Source: Sedimentisphaeraceae bacterium JB056
Lineage (GTDB): Bacteria > Planctomycetota > Phycisphaerae > Sedimentisphaerales > Sedimentisphaeraceae
DNA length: 64,000 nt
Reading direction: 5' to 3'
NCBI GenBank assembly: GCA_044440125.1
Contig: JBITAJ010000021.1
Location: 160,001-224,000, forward strand
The translations under genes were made by a program, and so were the position numbers. This document shows, one piece after another, positions 31,301-39,291 of this stretch; position 1 is the stretch's first letter; the number at the start of each line of letters is the position of its first letter. The notes under the pieces are model-generated. The model did no database searches. It had not been told where the DNA came from and saw only the letters and a list, made by a program, of their open reading frames with translations.

Positions 31301-32308
31301 TGAGAAACACACATCCGAATATTTCGGAGCATAGTCAGGTCTTTCATAATCCGAAACAGTCATCTGACTTACCGTAACAATATTTTCCGGCACTGGCACT
31401 GCATCTTCCCACTGTGTAGCCAGCCGCAACTCATCAAACTGAACATAATCACCAATATCTGAATTGAAATTTTCCAGCCAGAAACCGGCATAATTCATCT
31501 GCGTTTGATTGGTGAGTATTTTACCCGTTGTTATAAGCTGCGCCGAAGCGGTTGCTTCCTGCGAGGTTTGAGGATTTACCCACACAGTAAGCTGTTCGGA
31601 ACCTCCAAAGGCATCATACTCTATCTTCGCCACCACGAAGTAGGTAGTATTGCCTGAAACATCCGACAAAATCACTTCATTAACCATAAGAGAATCTTCA
31701 TCTCTATGTCGAACCACCAAATCAACTTTGCTTCCATCACCCCAAAAACCAGCCATAATCCCCGGGAAGGTACTACTGCCGTCAAAAGCTCCGTATGAGA
31801 CAGTAACCGTAAAACCTGTCATTGCCCTGATATTGAGATTATCGCTTAAATTGTCAGCACGAACAAGCATACTTGTATAGTAAACGTTAGAGGCAGGATA
31901 AGCATCAAGCATCCTTCTTGCATAATACACACCGGTAGTTTCATACCCTCTCATCTGAACGTTACCGCCTGAAACCTCGTTAATCCCAAAGCTTAACCCT
32001 TGAGTATCTGTTGGCCCTATGACGTGATTAAAAACACCTGTCGATGCGCCCGAATTACCTTCCCACGCATTTACAGCACTAAAACCAACTATATCTCCAC
32101 CTGCAACATCAATATTGTTTCCATTTGTAAAGTCACGAAACTGGCTTCCAGCATTATATTCACCGCCACTTTTATCATTTTCTCCATTGCCGACATTGGC
32201 GTTTACAAAAGGATCGTAAGCAATCAAATCGGCAAAAATATTACAAGTAGTCAAGCCGACTATTACAAATAACAAAATCATTGATATTTTGGTGGTATCT
32301 ATTTTCAT
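28358..32308 (-). CDS. Large modular secreted protein: shared N-terminal domain, unassigned-family domain (paralog C), Ig-like, dockerin-like pair, Fn3-like and LamG domains
   Basis: Signal peptide; SDVCFSSRW...SIQLDDP; ADNNSDLSVDLLD..GWL and GDIDGDGYVGQND..NWL; TYYWRVDS; FKHVALVWD...GQIDEMRW. Confidence 0.8.
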   Translation of the reverse strand: MKIDTTKISMILLFVIVGLTTCNIFADLIAYDPFVNANVGNGENDKSGGEYNAGSQFRDFTNGNNIDVAGGDIVGFSAVNAWEGNSGASTGVFNHVIGPTDTQGLSFGINEVSGGNVQMRGYETTGVYYARRMLDAYPASNVYYTSMLVRADNLSDNLNIRAMTGFTVTVSYGAFDGSSTFPGIMAGFWGDGSKVDLVVRHRDEDSLMVNEVILSDVSGNTTYFVVAKIEYDAFGGSEQLTVWVNPQTSQEATASAQLITTGKILTNQTQMNYAGFWLENFNSDIGDYVQFDELRLATQWEDAVPVPENIVTVSQMTVSDYERPDYAPKYSDVCFSSRWLRGEGYQENVKWWGTLGTSEEIPMDSFEAMKMYHATRLEWIYLYGDEIDFISKVRAEGLSVSFAQTNNLKDEPGGVGTSLLGKIVDEDGNYHKNSFDNLMGCANNEVFKQTFLREAKSRIDAGADSIQLDDPVLNDDIACWCEYCNGSKDGFESTTEFYQWLHGQLDAYYYQQYGISKFPIHGNNSSHTVYSDSFFSVSDDYRLDYGCCETNIQDVSAQHFHNIGQNMRTYQNVSRSQIMTSPGTWGYSDPVYLADFSKTVRRSIGNSYAQGINMLAPFDRFGTDLADGGDQNQASRFFGDPQNFSDMFGFIRGIAIYLDGYEFAWDWGATTKAVYHVPDTPYSDTWGTAPGINEPVAAVDNGIAVVVRAKPGENDEPVAIHLIDWDKEASFSLTLNNIKFFGDGSDDLRLTLLEPVDNYNADDYEASWQNLSYTCYVKTTVLSGSFANGQTAVAIPELSPWAVLMVSKGKQTALPLNESSRWQQLRDNAPAYAVEYYPTNNELVTAMQSIMLSFDKELDSATLNSGIAVRHIESDQNISGSWSKLGSLARFTPDNAYPKGTISVELTPSLKRLNGVGSLRQKFYYNCELNIADNNSDLSVDLLDIQTIAQGWLSYSSTGDIDGDGYVGQNDLESYIENWLTCYVQKAEPLFPADNALDTSTQPLIRWLDIADSYDIYFGIDEIAVEHAGYDSLEFVSNTIDNEFKSELLQAGSTYYWRVDSISDGCCQKGDVFSFTTTTNETLCYWELDSDGSDAIGAYSFRALLGSVAIDTANYAVIANSDDTLPWNSSSDSSENLASLYFDGQSAVVNNVPASPFQFRRSSPFTCEAYIRPTDSSSVSGIIFGTRDGFSGYTGWALKYDSAYERISFALDHPGGSFVVRSQSGTFEIGQFKHVALVWDPSAAIGGEVRGYIDGVLAFQADARDYWDDSSLCGWNLMVGGRNLQTNPWAFIGQIDEMRWSNYPLTPSEFLNYSVN

Positions 32309-32429
32309 AATTATCTAAGTACCTTGTGCCTTGACAGCATCCTTGCGTTGTAAATAATCTTCAAGCCTAGAGTTACCCGCTCCCTTCCAGTCGCGGTACT
32401 GTTATCTTGTGCCTGTCAAATATAGTATC

Positions 32430-32461
32430 AAACAAATGGGTCTGCCTTTTGACAGACCCAT
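32430..32461 (-). terminator. Probable intrinsic terminator after the 847-aa gene
   Basis: Stem ATGGGTCTG/CAGACCCAT followed by TTGTTT on the minus strand. Confidence 0.6.
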
Positions 32462-32499
32462 GCTAAATCAAATTTCAATTATTAATATCTTGCAAAATT

Positions 32500-35001
32500 C
32501 TACGGCCAGAGGTCAACCCTTTCAGTAAGCCATCTTTCAGCCAGCCATACAAAATCTTCGTAATCGACGAAATTATCATCTGTCCTGTCTGTCTGCGGTA
32601 CATAGTTGCCATTGATATAAACATAATCAATAACACCCTGCGCTCCACCTGTATAGATTGTCGCAATGCCTTCAGTACCTGATTCATATCTTTTATGTGT
32701 TTTAAATGTACCGGCAGCAGTTGTACCGGCCTGATCAGATATAGTATAGTTTACATCATATGTATCAGGGTCTGGAATTAACGCGTTCGGTTCTGTAGGA
32801 GCGATGGTTAGATCAATGTCAAGCATACTGTTGTTGAAATTGGTAACACCATCACCGGTTACTCTCAAGTAATCAGATGGAGGCCAAGCAACACCGGCTG
32901 CCCAGTCTGAAATAAACTCAACATACTGATTTGCTCCATCAAGAACAATCGCCTGGTTTACGGCTATACAGGTAGCAGCTTCAACATTGGTATTTATCCA
33001 AAGATTAATACCGCTTCTTGAACCTTCTGTTGTATCAGAACTGCTCGTTGCCTTCATACTTGTCGTTACATTGACTTCGCCATCAAACTCAACCGGTGGG
33101 TCAGAATCCAGTCTCCATGCTCCATATGAATTACCGAGAACAGTCATTTCACCACCAGAAATCACATAATCACCTTGAATGCTATCTCGCAATATCCAGC
33201 TTCCACTTGCCGGATCGCTGTCCATTGTCTCTTCCCATGTAATATCGGTAACCAGCCACTCATCTGCCATATCGGCAAGTTCATCAGTATCCCAATAAAC
33301 AACAGGTGCGGGCATTGGTGCTCCGGTAAGTGAAATTTCAGTGAACGAGATGGAACCTATGCTCCATGTTGGACCATTCCATACATAAACACCCATTCCA
33401 CTAACCTGCGTAAGATCCGGGCTGTTAGGATCAACAGTAAATTCATGTGTTAAAGCTATATCATCACTACCGGCAAGAGCGTTAAGATTATCTATCTCTG
33501 TTTGTGAATATTTGTACCAATCAAGCCCATCAAATGAAAGTGAATATTCAACGACAGTACCGTCAAGGTCTCCGTCAGTGCCTTGATATGTAGATGGACA
33601 GAACAATCCTGAACCATACCAATCACCGTTTGCATCACGTATCAAAGCTCTTAATACAGGTGCATAGAAAAGATTACCCGGGGAGGGCAACCCTGAACCA
33701 TTTTCATATGTAGGAGCACTTGGATGCTCAAAACTGCCGCTGTATATATCAGATATTTTGAAATCCATAGTTGCCCATGAACCGGTCATATCAATAAAGC
33801 TGTCGGCTTCGTTTGAACCAGAGGAATCAAATATAGTATAAGCATAACCCTTTACAGAATTTTTAAGTGCTAATTCATCAAAAGTAACACCACCGCGTGA
33901 AATCTGATCAACCTCTACTCTATAGCCGCTTGTATCATCAGCATGACCTCCCCATTTCCAACCGGTAGGCGTAACGTCAAACGATGGTGTTTGCGGTGAT
34001 TCTGCAACATTCTTTTCATCAATTTTCATAAAACTATCACCGGGAACACTAAAATTTTGGGCAAAAGTAAGCGTCTGCGGCGGAACAGGAACTGCCTCAT
34101 TCCATGTCGTAGCCATGCGCAACTCATCAAACTGGACGTAATCCTGATAACTTGAGATAAAATTGTCAATCCAGAATCCCATGTAGTTGATCTGATCATT
34201 TGTTGTCAAAATAGCACCTGTAGTTGTAAATACGGGTGCAGCATCAACTTCACTGTATTCAGTAGGATTTAACCATGCGGTAAGTCTCTCTGAAGTACCA
34301 TTTGCATCAAATTCTATTTTGAGTACCACAAAATACACTTCGCCCTGCTGAGCATTGCTAAGAAGTACGGAATTGGTCATTACAGAACTGTCATCCCTGT
34401 GTCTGACGACAAGGTCAACCTGACTGCCATCACCGGAAAAACCAAATAATGCACCCGGATAATTTGATGTACCATCAAAAGCACCATATGAAACAGTAAC
34501 AGTAAATCCTGCCATTGCCTGTATATCAAGATTGCCTGTCAGGTTATCAGCTCTCACAAGACCACTTATATAATACACATTGCTGCCTGTATAAGAATCA
34601 ATCATACGTCTTGCATAAGAAAGACTTGTCTGCTCTAAGCCTCTTACCTGAACATTACCGTTTGTTACAGTATTCAGACTAAAACTAAGCCCTGCGGGAT
34701 CAGTAGGACCTATCAACTGATTTGTTCCGGCACTTGATGAATTTCCTGCCCATGCGTTGTCAGCACTAAAACCGACTATCTGACCACCTGCAACAGTGTT
34801 ATTGTTACCGTTGGTGAAATCACGGAACTGACTGCCCGCATTATACTCGCCATTCAGCTTGTCATTTTCACCATTACCCACAACCGCATTCTCAAATGGA
34901 TCATAAACAATAATATCAGCCTGAATAATGTTTGAGCATACCAACAACAATATCAGCGTCAATATTGATTTTAATGATATACTCTTGTAACCAATCTTCA
35001 T
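32500..35001 (-). CDS. Secreted acidic modular protein with the shared N-terminal domain and a split dockerin-like motif (likely start 35001)
   Basis: RBS AGGAG before ATG 35001. N-terminal ~280 aa clearly homologous to the 1316-aa neighbour. C-terminal DRTDDNFVDYEDFVWLAERWL. Confidence 0.75.
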   Translation of the reverse strand: MKIGYKSISLKSILTLILLLVCSNIIQADIIVYDPFENAVVGNGENDKLNGEYNAGSQFRDFTNGNNNTVAGGQIVGFSADNAWAGNSSSAGTNQLIGPTDPAGLSFSLNTVTNGNVQVRGLEQTSLSYARRMIDSYTGSNVYYISGLVRADNLTGNLDIQAMAGFTVTVSYGAFDGTSNYPGALFGFSGDGSQVDLVVRHRDDSSVMTNSVLLSNAQQGEVYFVVLKIEFDANGTSERLTAWLNPTEYSEVDAAPVFTTTGAILTTNDQINYMGFWIDNFISSYQDYVQFDELRMATTWNEAVPVPPQTLTFAQNFSVPGDSFMKIDEKNVAESPQTPSFDVTPTGWKWGGHADDTSGYRVEVDQISRGGVTFDELALKNSVKGYAYTIFDSSGSNEADSFIDMTGSWATMDFKISDIYSGSFEHPSAPTYENGSGLPSPGNLFYAPVLRALIRDANGDWYGSGLFCPSTYQGTDGDLDGTVVEYSLSFDGLDWYKYSQTEIDNLNALAGSDDIALTHEFTVDPNSPDLTQVSGMGVYVWNGPTWSIGSISFTEISLTGAPMPAPVVYWDTDELADMADEWLVTDITWEETMDSDPASGSWILRDSIQGDYVISGGEMTVLGNSYGAWRLDSDPPVEFDGEVNVTTSMKATSSSDTTEGSRSGINLWINTNVEAATCIAVNQAIVLDGANQYVEFISDWAAGVAWPPSDYLRVTGDGVTNFNNSMLDIDLTIAPTEPNALIPDPDTYDVNYTISDQAGTTAAGTFKTHKRYESGTEGIATIYTGGAQGVIDYVYINGNYVPQTDRTDDNFVDYEDFVWLAERWLTERVDLWP

Positions 35002-35196
35002 AATTACGCTCCTATAACAAAATGATTTATATTTTTGTCTCACTATTTCTCAAGCAAGACAACCAACAATGTTATACCCAACAAGCTTTTAATCAAAAAA
35101 ACTTAGGCATAAACCCTTATCCAAGAGTCTTTTATCTTGCAAAACAAATTAACAAAACTGCAGAAAACTAATTGACCAGTCTCTCAATGACATGCG

Positions 35197-35225
35197 ATTA
35201 TACGACAGCGACATAAAAAAGTCAA
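35197..35225 (-). promoter_or_regulatory. Putative sigma70 promoter for the leftward secreted-protein operon
   Basis: TTGACT-17bp-TATAAT on the minus strand. Confidence 0.6.
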
Positions 35226-35355
35226 TCAAAAAAATATTTCGATATAAATTTTGATACTTTATTAAAAAATCGATTTTTTATATTGATTTTTAAGTTACTT
35301 AATAATAAACTACTACATATAACCTCGACAACAACTCTTTTGACAAGGTAAAAAG

Positions 35356-36504
35356 ATGGAAACAACAAAAAAGTACCTTGTAGATGGAACCTACAAGAAA
35401 ATCACGGATGACTTAATAAACAACCAGTTTTCGATAGGCACAAAACTGGAACCAATCCGCGCATTGGCCAAAAAATACAGTGTATCATATATGACTGCAC
35501 AAAAAGCCATCAAAGCGTTGCAAATGCAGGGTGTGCTTGAAGCCAGACCCGGCGACGGTATATACATCACAGGTAAAGTCAAACCTATGCAGGGAACCGT
35601 GACCGATTACCTCGAAAGCAATACCGATAATGCTAAATCGGCTAAAACAGACGAAAGCTGCTACAGCATTGCAGTTGTAATGCCCTTCTGGGTTGGTCAC
35701 CGAGGAGAAGCCCAGATATACAGGATAATAAAGGGTATCCTTTCAGAAAGCGATAAACATCGCTGGTCAATTGAATTGATACATAACTCCGGCGATCTTT
35801 CAAACCACGAATCTGCTCATCCCGATTTTATAGACAAAATAGAAAGCCGCAATCCTGACGGAATCATATGGCTTCAGCCTATCCTTTCTCATAAGATGAA
35901 TTTAATGAGACTTATTGACAGAGGACACAAAGTAGTTGTTACCGGTCGTAATTTCCCAGATATTCCTGCAGTATGTATACAGATGGACTTAAAAGATGTT
36001 GCACAGAAAAGCGTAAACTACCTCATAGAAAAAGGCTCTGACAAGATAGCCCTTCTTACAGGCCCGATAGAGGGACAATTCAAAGACCCTCACTCTGTTG
36101 ATATAGTAAGAGAGATTAAAGCGGAATTCAAAAACCGCGGCCTTGATTTTTCAGATGAACTTCTATGTCAGGCTGCCTTTTCGCCTTATGATTCTATAAT
36201 AGTCCATTCTTTTATCGAAAACCATCCAGAAGTAAATGGCATTATATGCCTGCATGAGATGCATATGATTGAAGAACTTGAAAAAATGGACTGCACGGGT
36301 TTTTTCCAAAGCCAGATCAATATGGTTAACACTTCGGGTATTTATAATAGCGGTCAATATAACCAATTTGAGCATTTCAAAATGGTTAATCTTGCCTGGC
36401 CGCTTGAAAATATAGGCAGAGGAATAATTCGTGAATTTGAAAACGAATGGCTTTCAGAACTGCCTAAAACTGAATTAGACCTCAGCGTAGAGATAGTTAC
36501 GTAA
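35356..36504 (+). CDS. GntR wHTH plus LacI-type sugar-binding domain regulator (AraR-like architecture)
   Basis: GTKLEPIRALAKKYSVSYMTAQKAIKALQMQGVLEARPGDGIYI followed by a PBP-like domain. Confidence 0.9.
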   Translation: METTKKYLVDGTYKKITDDLINNQFSIGTKLEPIRALAKKYSVSYMTAQKAIKALQMQGVLEARPGDGIYITGKVKPMQGTVTDYLESNTDNAKSAKTDESCYSIAVVMPFWVGHRGEAQIYRIIKGILSESDKHRWSIELIHNSGDLSNHESAHPDFIDKIESRNPDGIIWLQPILSHKMNLMRLIDRGHKVVVTGRNFPDIPAVCIQMDLKDVAQKSVNYLIEKGSDKIALLTGPIEGQFKDPHSVDIVREIKAEFKNRGLDFSDELLCQAAFSPYDSIIVHSFIENHPEVNGIICLHEMHMIEELEKMDCTGFFQSQINMVNTSGIYNSGQYNQFEHFKMVNLAWPLENIGRGIIREFENEWLSELPKTELDLSVEIVT

Positions 36505-36569
36505 TTATTACACAGCACCGCAATCATTATTGTGGGAGTCAAAAAAACTTAAAAACAAGGAGCTTTATA

Positions 36570-37373
36570 ATGAAAGATAAAAAAGGTTTTACACTTATTG
36601 AGCTATTGGTTGTCATATCGATAATCGCAGTACTGATGGCTATTATGATGCCTGCACTGGGCAAAGTAAGACAAATGGCAAAGCTTACCATCTGCAAGAC
36701 CAGACTCAAAAACCTCGGCTCTGCAACATTAGCCTACGCCGCCTCAAACGATAACAAACTGCCTATCGCCTTCTTCCAGAGCGATGCGGGAGTCTATTCT
36801 TCAACATGGCAGAGCTATGTAATGAAAGAAACAGATGACTACCCTGCACCTCGAAGCTGGGTAAACAGCGAGAAATACGGCAGCGAAATTTTTGGCTTTG
36901 GCTTTCTATGGCAAGGCAAATACCTTGATGATTCAGAAATTTTTATCTGCCCGGGAGTAAAAAAGGAAGAAGCCAACAGGGAAAGCTTTGAAAGAAATTT
37001 AAGCAATTTCGATGAAGATTACGTCCAAAGACTTGACGCCAAATATAGCTACATACCACTTACAAAAGCTCCACACCGCAGCGGAAACTCAATACAATAC
37101 TGGAAAACCGCCAAAAGAGCTTCCGACCTTTCAGGTTCATCAGCAATGTGTATGGATAAAATGAGAGGTATCTCAGACTTTTATCACACTACCGGCAAAG
37201 GATCTAACGCCAGACCGTTAATCAATATCTGCTTTGGCGATGGACACATTGTAACATCAGACAACAGAGAATTTTTCACCAATGAAAAAGTTGCGGAATT
37301 GCAGGCACTCACCGGTGAAGCAATAATTCCCTGGAGAGATCTTTTCAATTTCCTTGACACGGTAGAAAAATAA
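36570..37373 (+). CDS. Prepilin-type N-terminal cleavage/methylation protein (DUF1559-like)
   Basis: [39 protein letters not shown]. Confidence 0.93.
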   Translation: MKDKKGFTLIELLVVISIIAVLMAIMMPALGKVRQMAKLTICKTRLKNLGSATLAYAASNDNKLPIAFFQSDAGVYSSTWQSYVMKETDDYPAPRSWVNSEKYGSEIFGFGFLWQGKYLDDSEIFICPGVKKEEANRESFERNLSNFDEDYVQRLDAKYSYIPLTKAPHRSGNSIQYWKTAKRASDLSGSSAMCMDKMRGISDFYHTTGKGSNARPLINICFGDGHIVTSDNREFFTNEKVAELQALTGEAIIPWRDLFNFLDTVEK

Positions 37374-37413
37374 AAGTTCATAGCTAACATATTGAAATTA
37401 AGATTTTATACAA

Positions 37414-39273
37414 ATGAACACCGAACAGCTTACAATAGATATTGAAATGGTAGCAAGCATGGGGCTTGATGTTGATGATTATCGCCTTATAAATGATGAT
37501 TGGCGACTAATCGAAAAGGGCAACATCATACCAAGCAGGACTTATTCAGATCAGCCTTATTTAGTCAAAACAAATGATGAGGCATGGCTCTGCGTAATGA
37601 CAAGCGGCACTGGCAGAGAAGGAGAAGGTGGTCAGCATGTCATTTCCGTCAGAAGTGAAGATAAAGGTAAAACATGGTCGCAGATTGTAGAAGTTGACCC
37701 TCCCGGAGAAAGAGAAGCATCGTATGCCGTCCTTCTAAAAACTCCTTCAGGACGTATTTATTGCTTCTACAACTATAACGCTGATAATGTGCGTAAGATA
37801 ATCGCAGATAAAAAGGCCTATCCTGACGGCTACTGCCGACGCGTTGACAGCCTTGGAAGCTTCGTTTTTAAGTATAGTGATGACCACGGCAGAAGCTGGT
37901 CAAAAAAACGATACACAATTAATGTTCGTGAAACTGAAATAGACAGGCTTAATCCTTATCAGGGAAAAATAAAATTCTTCTGGAACGTAGGCAAAGCATT
38001 CAGCAATGATGGCAATGCGTATGTACCAATTCATAAGGTTGGTTCGTTTGGTAAAGGTTTTTTTACAAAAAGTGAAGGCTTCCTTCTTAAAAGTAAAAAT
38101 CTTCTAACAGAAAAAGACCCTGAGAATATAAAATGGCAAACTCTGCCCGATGACGAGAAGGGTTTACGAACTCCCGAAGGCGGCGGTCCTATATCAGAAG
38201 AACACAGTTTCTCCGTCATGAGTGACGGATCTTTGTTTTGCGTCTATCGCTCAATAGACGGGCATCCGGTTACCAGCTACAGTCGTGATGGCGGTCATAG
38301 CTGGACAAAGCCTCAATACATGACATACGCCACTAACGGCAAGAAAGTTAAAAATCCACGTGCAGCTAATTTTGCATGGAAATGCACTAACGGCAAATAT
38401 CTTTATTGGTTTCACAACCATGGCGGAAGGGATTACGAAAACAGAAACCCTGTATGGATGCTATGCGGCACAGAAAAGCAAAGCCCTGAAGGGCTTATAA
38501 TCGAATGGTCGCAGCCGGAGATACTATTCTATGGAGATGATCCATTTGTACGATATAGCTATCCCGATTTTTTAGAACAGAATGGTGAATATTACATAAC
38601 CGAAACAAATAAATACGTCGCCCGTTCGCACAAAATAAATCAGAAATTTTTACAGAAATTATTCAATTTCGACAAGACCGAATCTATTACAAGCGAAGAT
38701 CTCATAATAGATATTACCCGCACAAGAAAAAACCCTACAAAAGTCGAAATGCCTAAACTCCCCAAATTCCTGCTGCGCAACTTGAACACCTTCGACTACA
38801 GTGCATTGAATACAAGAAATGGAATCACTCTTGATTTCTGTGTTAATCTACTTTCGTTAAGAGAAGGACAAAATCTACTCGACAACCGAACAAACTGCGG
38901 CAGAGGCTTTTGTGTAACAACGGGCAACAATGGCAGCATAAGACTAATGATGAATGATGGAATAAGTGAATCATCATGGACAAGCGAACCGGGAATATTA
39001 CGCAACGACCATCTCCATCATATATCTCTGATAATTGATGGCGGTCCTAAGATTATTTCCTGTATTGTTGATGGTAAATTCTGTGACGGCGGAAATAATC
39101 GCCAGTTTGGCTGGGGAAGATTCAGCAGTGAACTTCTGCATATTAACGGAAGTAATGAATTGACCATTGGGAAAGACGTGGATGGAAGCATAACTACCCT
39201 GCGTATTTATAACCGAGCCTTAATGAGTACTGAAGCTGTAGGCAACTATCGCGCTACATTAAAAAATATTTAA
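37414..39273 (+). CDS. Sialidase-like (Asp-box beta-propeller) protein with a C-terminal LamG-like domain
   Basis: Asp boxes SEDKGKTW, SDDHGRSW, SRDGGHSW; SEEH, RNP, YSYPD; no signal peptide. Confidence 0.8.
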   Translation: MNTEQLTIDIEMVASMGLDVDDYRLINDDWRLIEKGNIIPSRTYSDQPYLVKTNDEAWLCVMTSGTGREGEGGQHVISVRSEDKGKTWSQIVEVDPPGEREASYAVLLKTPSGRIYCFYNYNADNVRKIIADKKAYPDGYCRRVDSLGSFVFKYSDDHGRSWSKKRYTINVRETEIDRLNPYQGKIKFFWNVGKAFSNDGNAYVPIHKVGSFGKGFFTKSEGFLLKSKNLLTEKDPENIKWQTLPDDEKGLRTPEGGGPISEEHSFSVMSDGSLFCVYRSIDGHPVTSYSRDGGHSWTKPQYMTYATNGKKVKNPRAANFAWKCTNGKYLYWFHNHGGRDYENRNPVWMLCGTEKQSPEGLIIEWSQPEILFYGDDPFVRYSYPDFLEQNGEYYITETNKYVARSHKINQKFLQKLFNFDKTESITSEDLIIDITRTRKNPTKVEMPKLPKFLLRNLNTFDYSALNTRNGITLDFCVNLLSLREGQNLLDNRTNCGRGFCVTTGNNGSIRLMMNDGISESSWTSEPGILRNDHLHHISLIIDGGPKIISCIVDGKFCDGGNNRQFGWGRFSSELLHINGSNELTIGKDVDGSITTLRIYNRALMSTEAVGNYRATLKNI

Positions 39274-39291
39274 TATATCTGGAGAAAAAAA

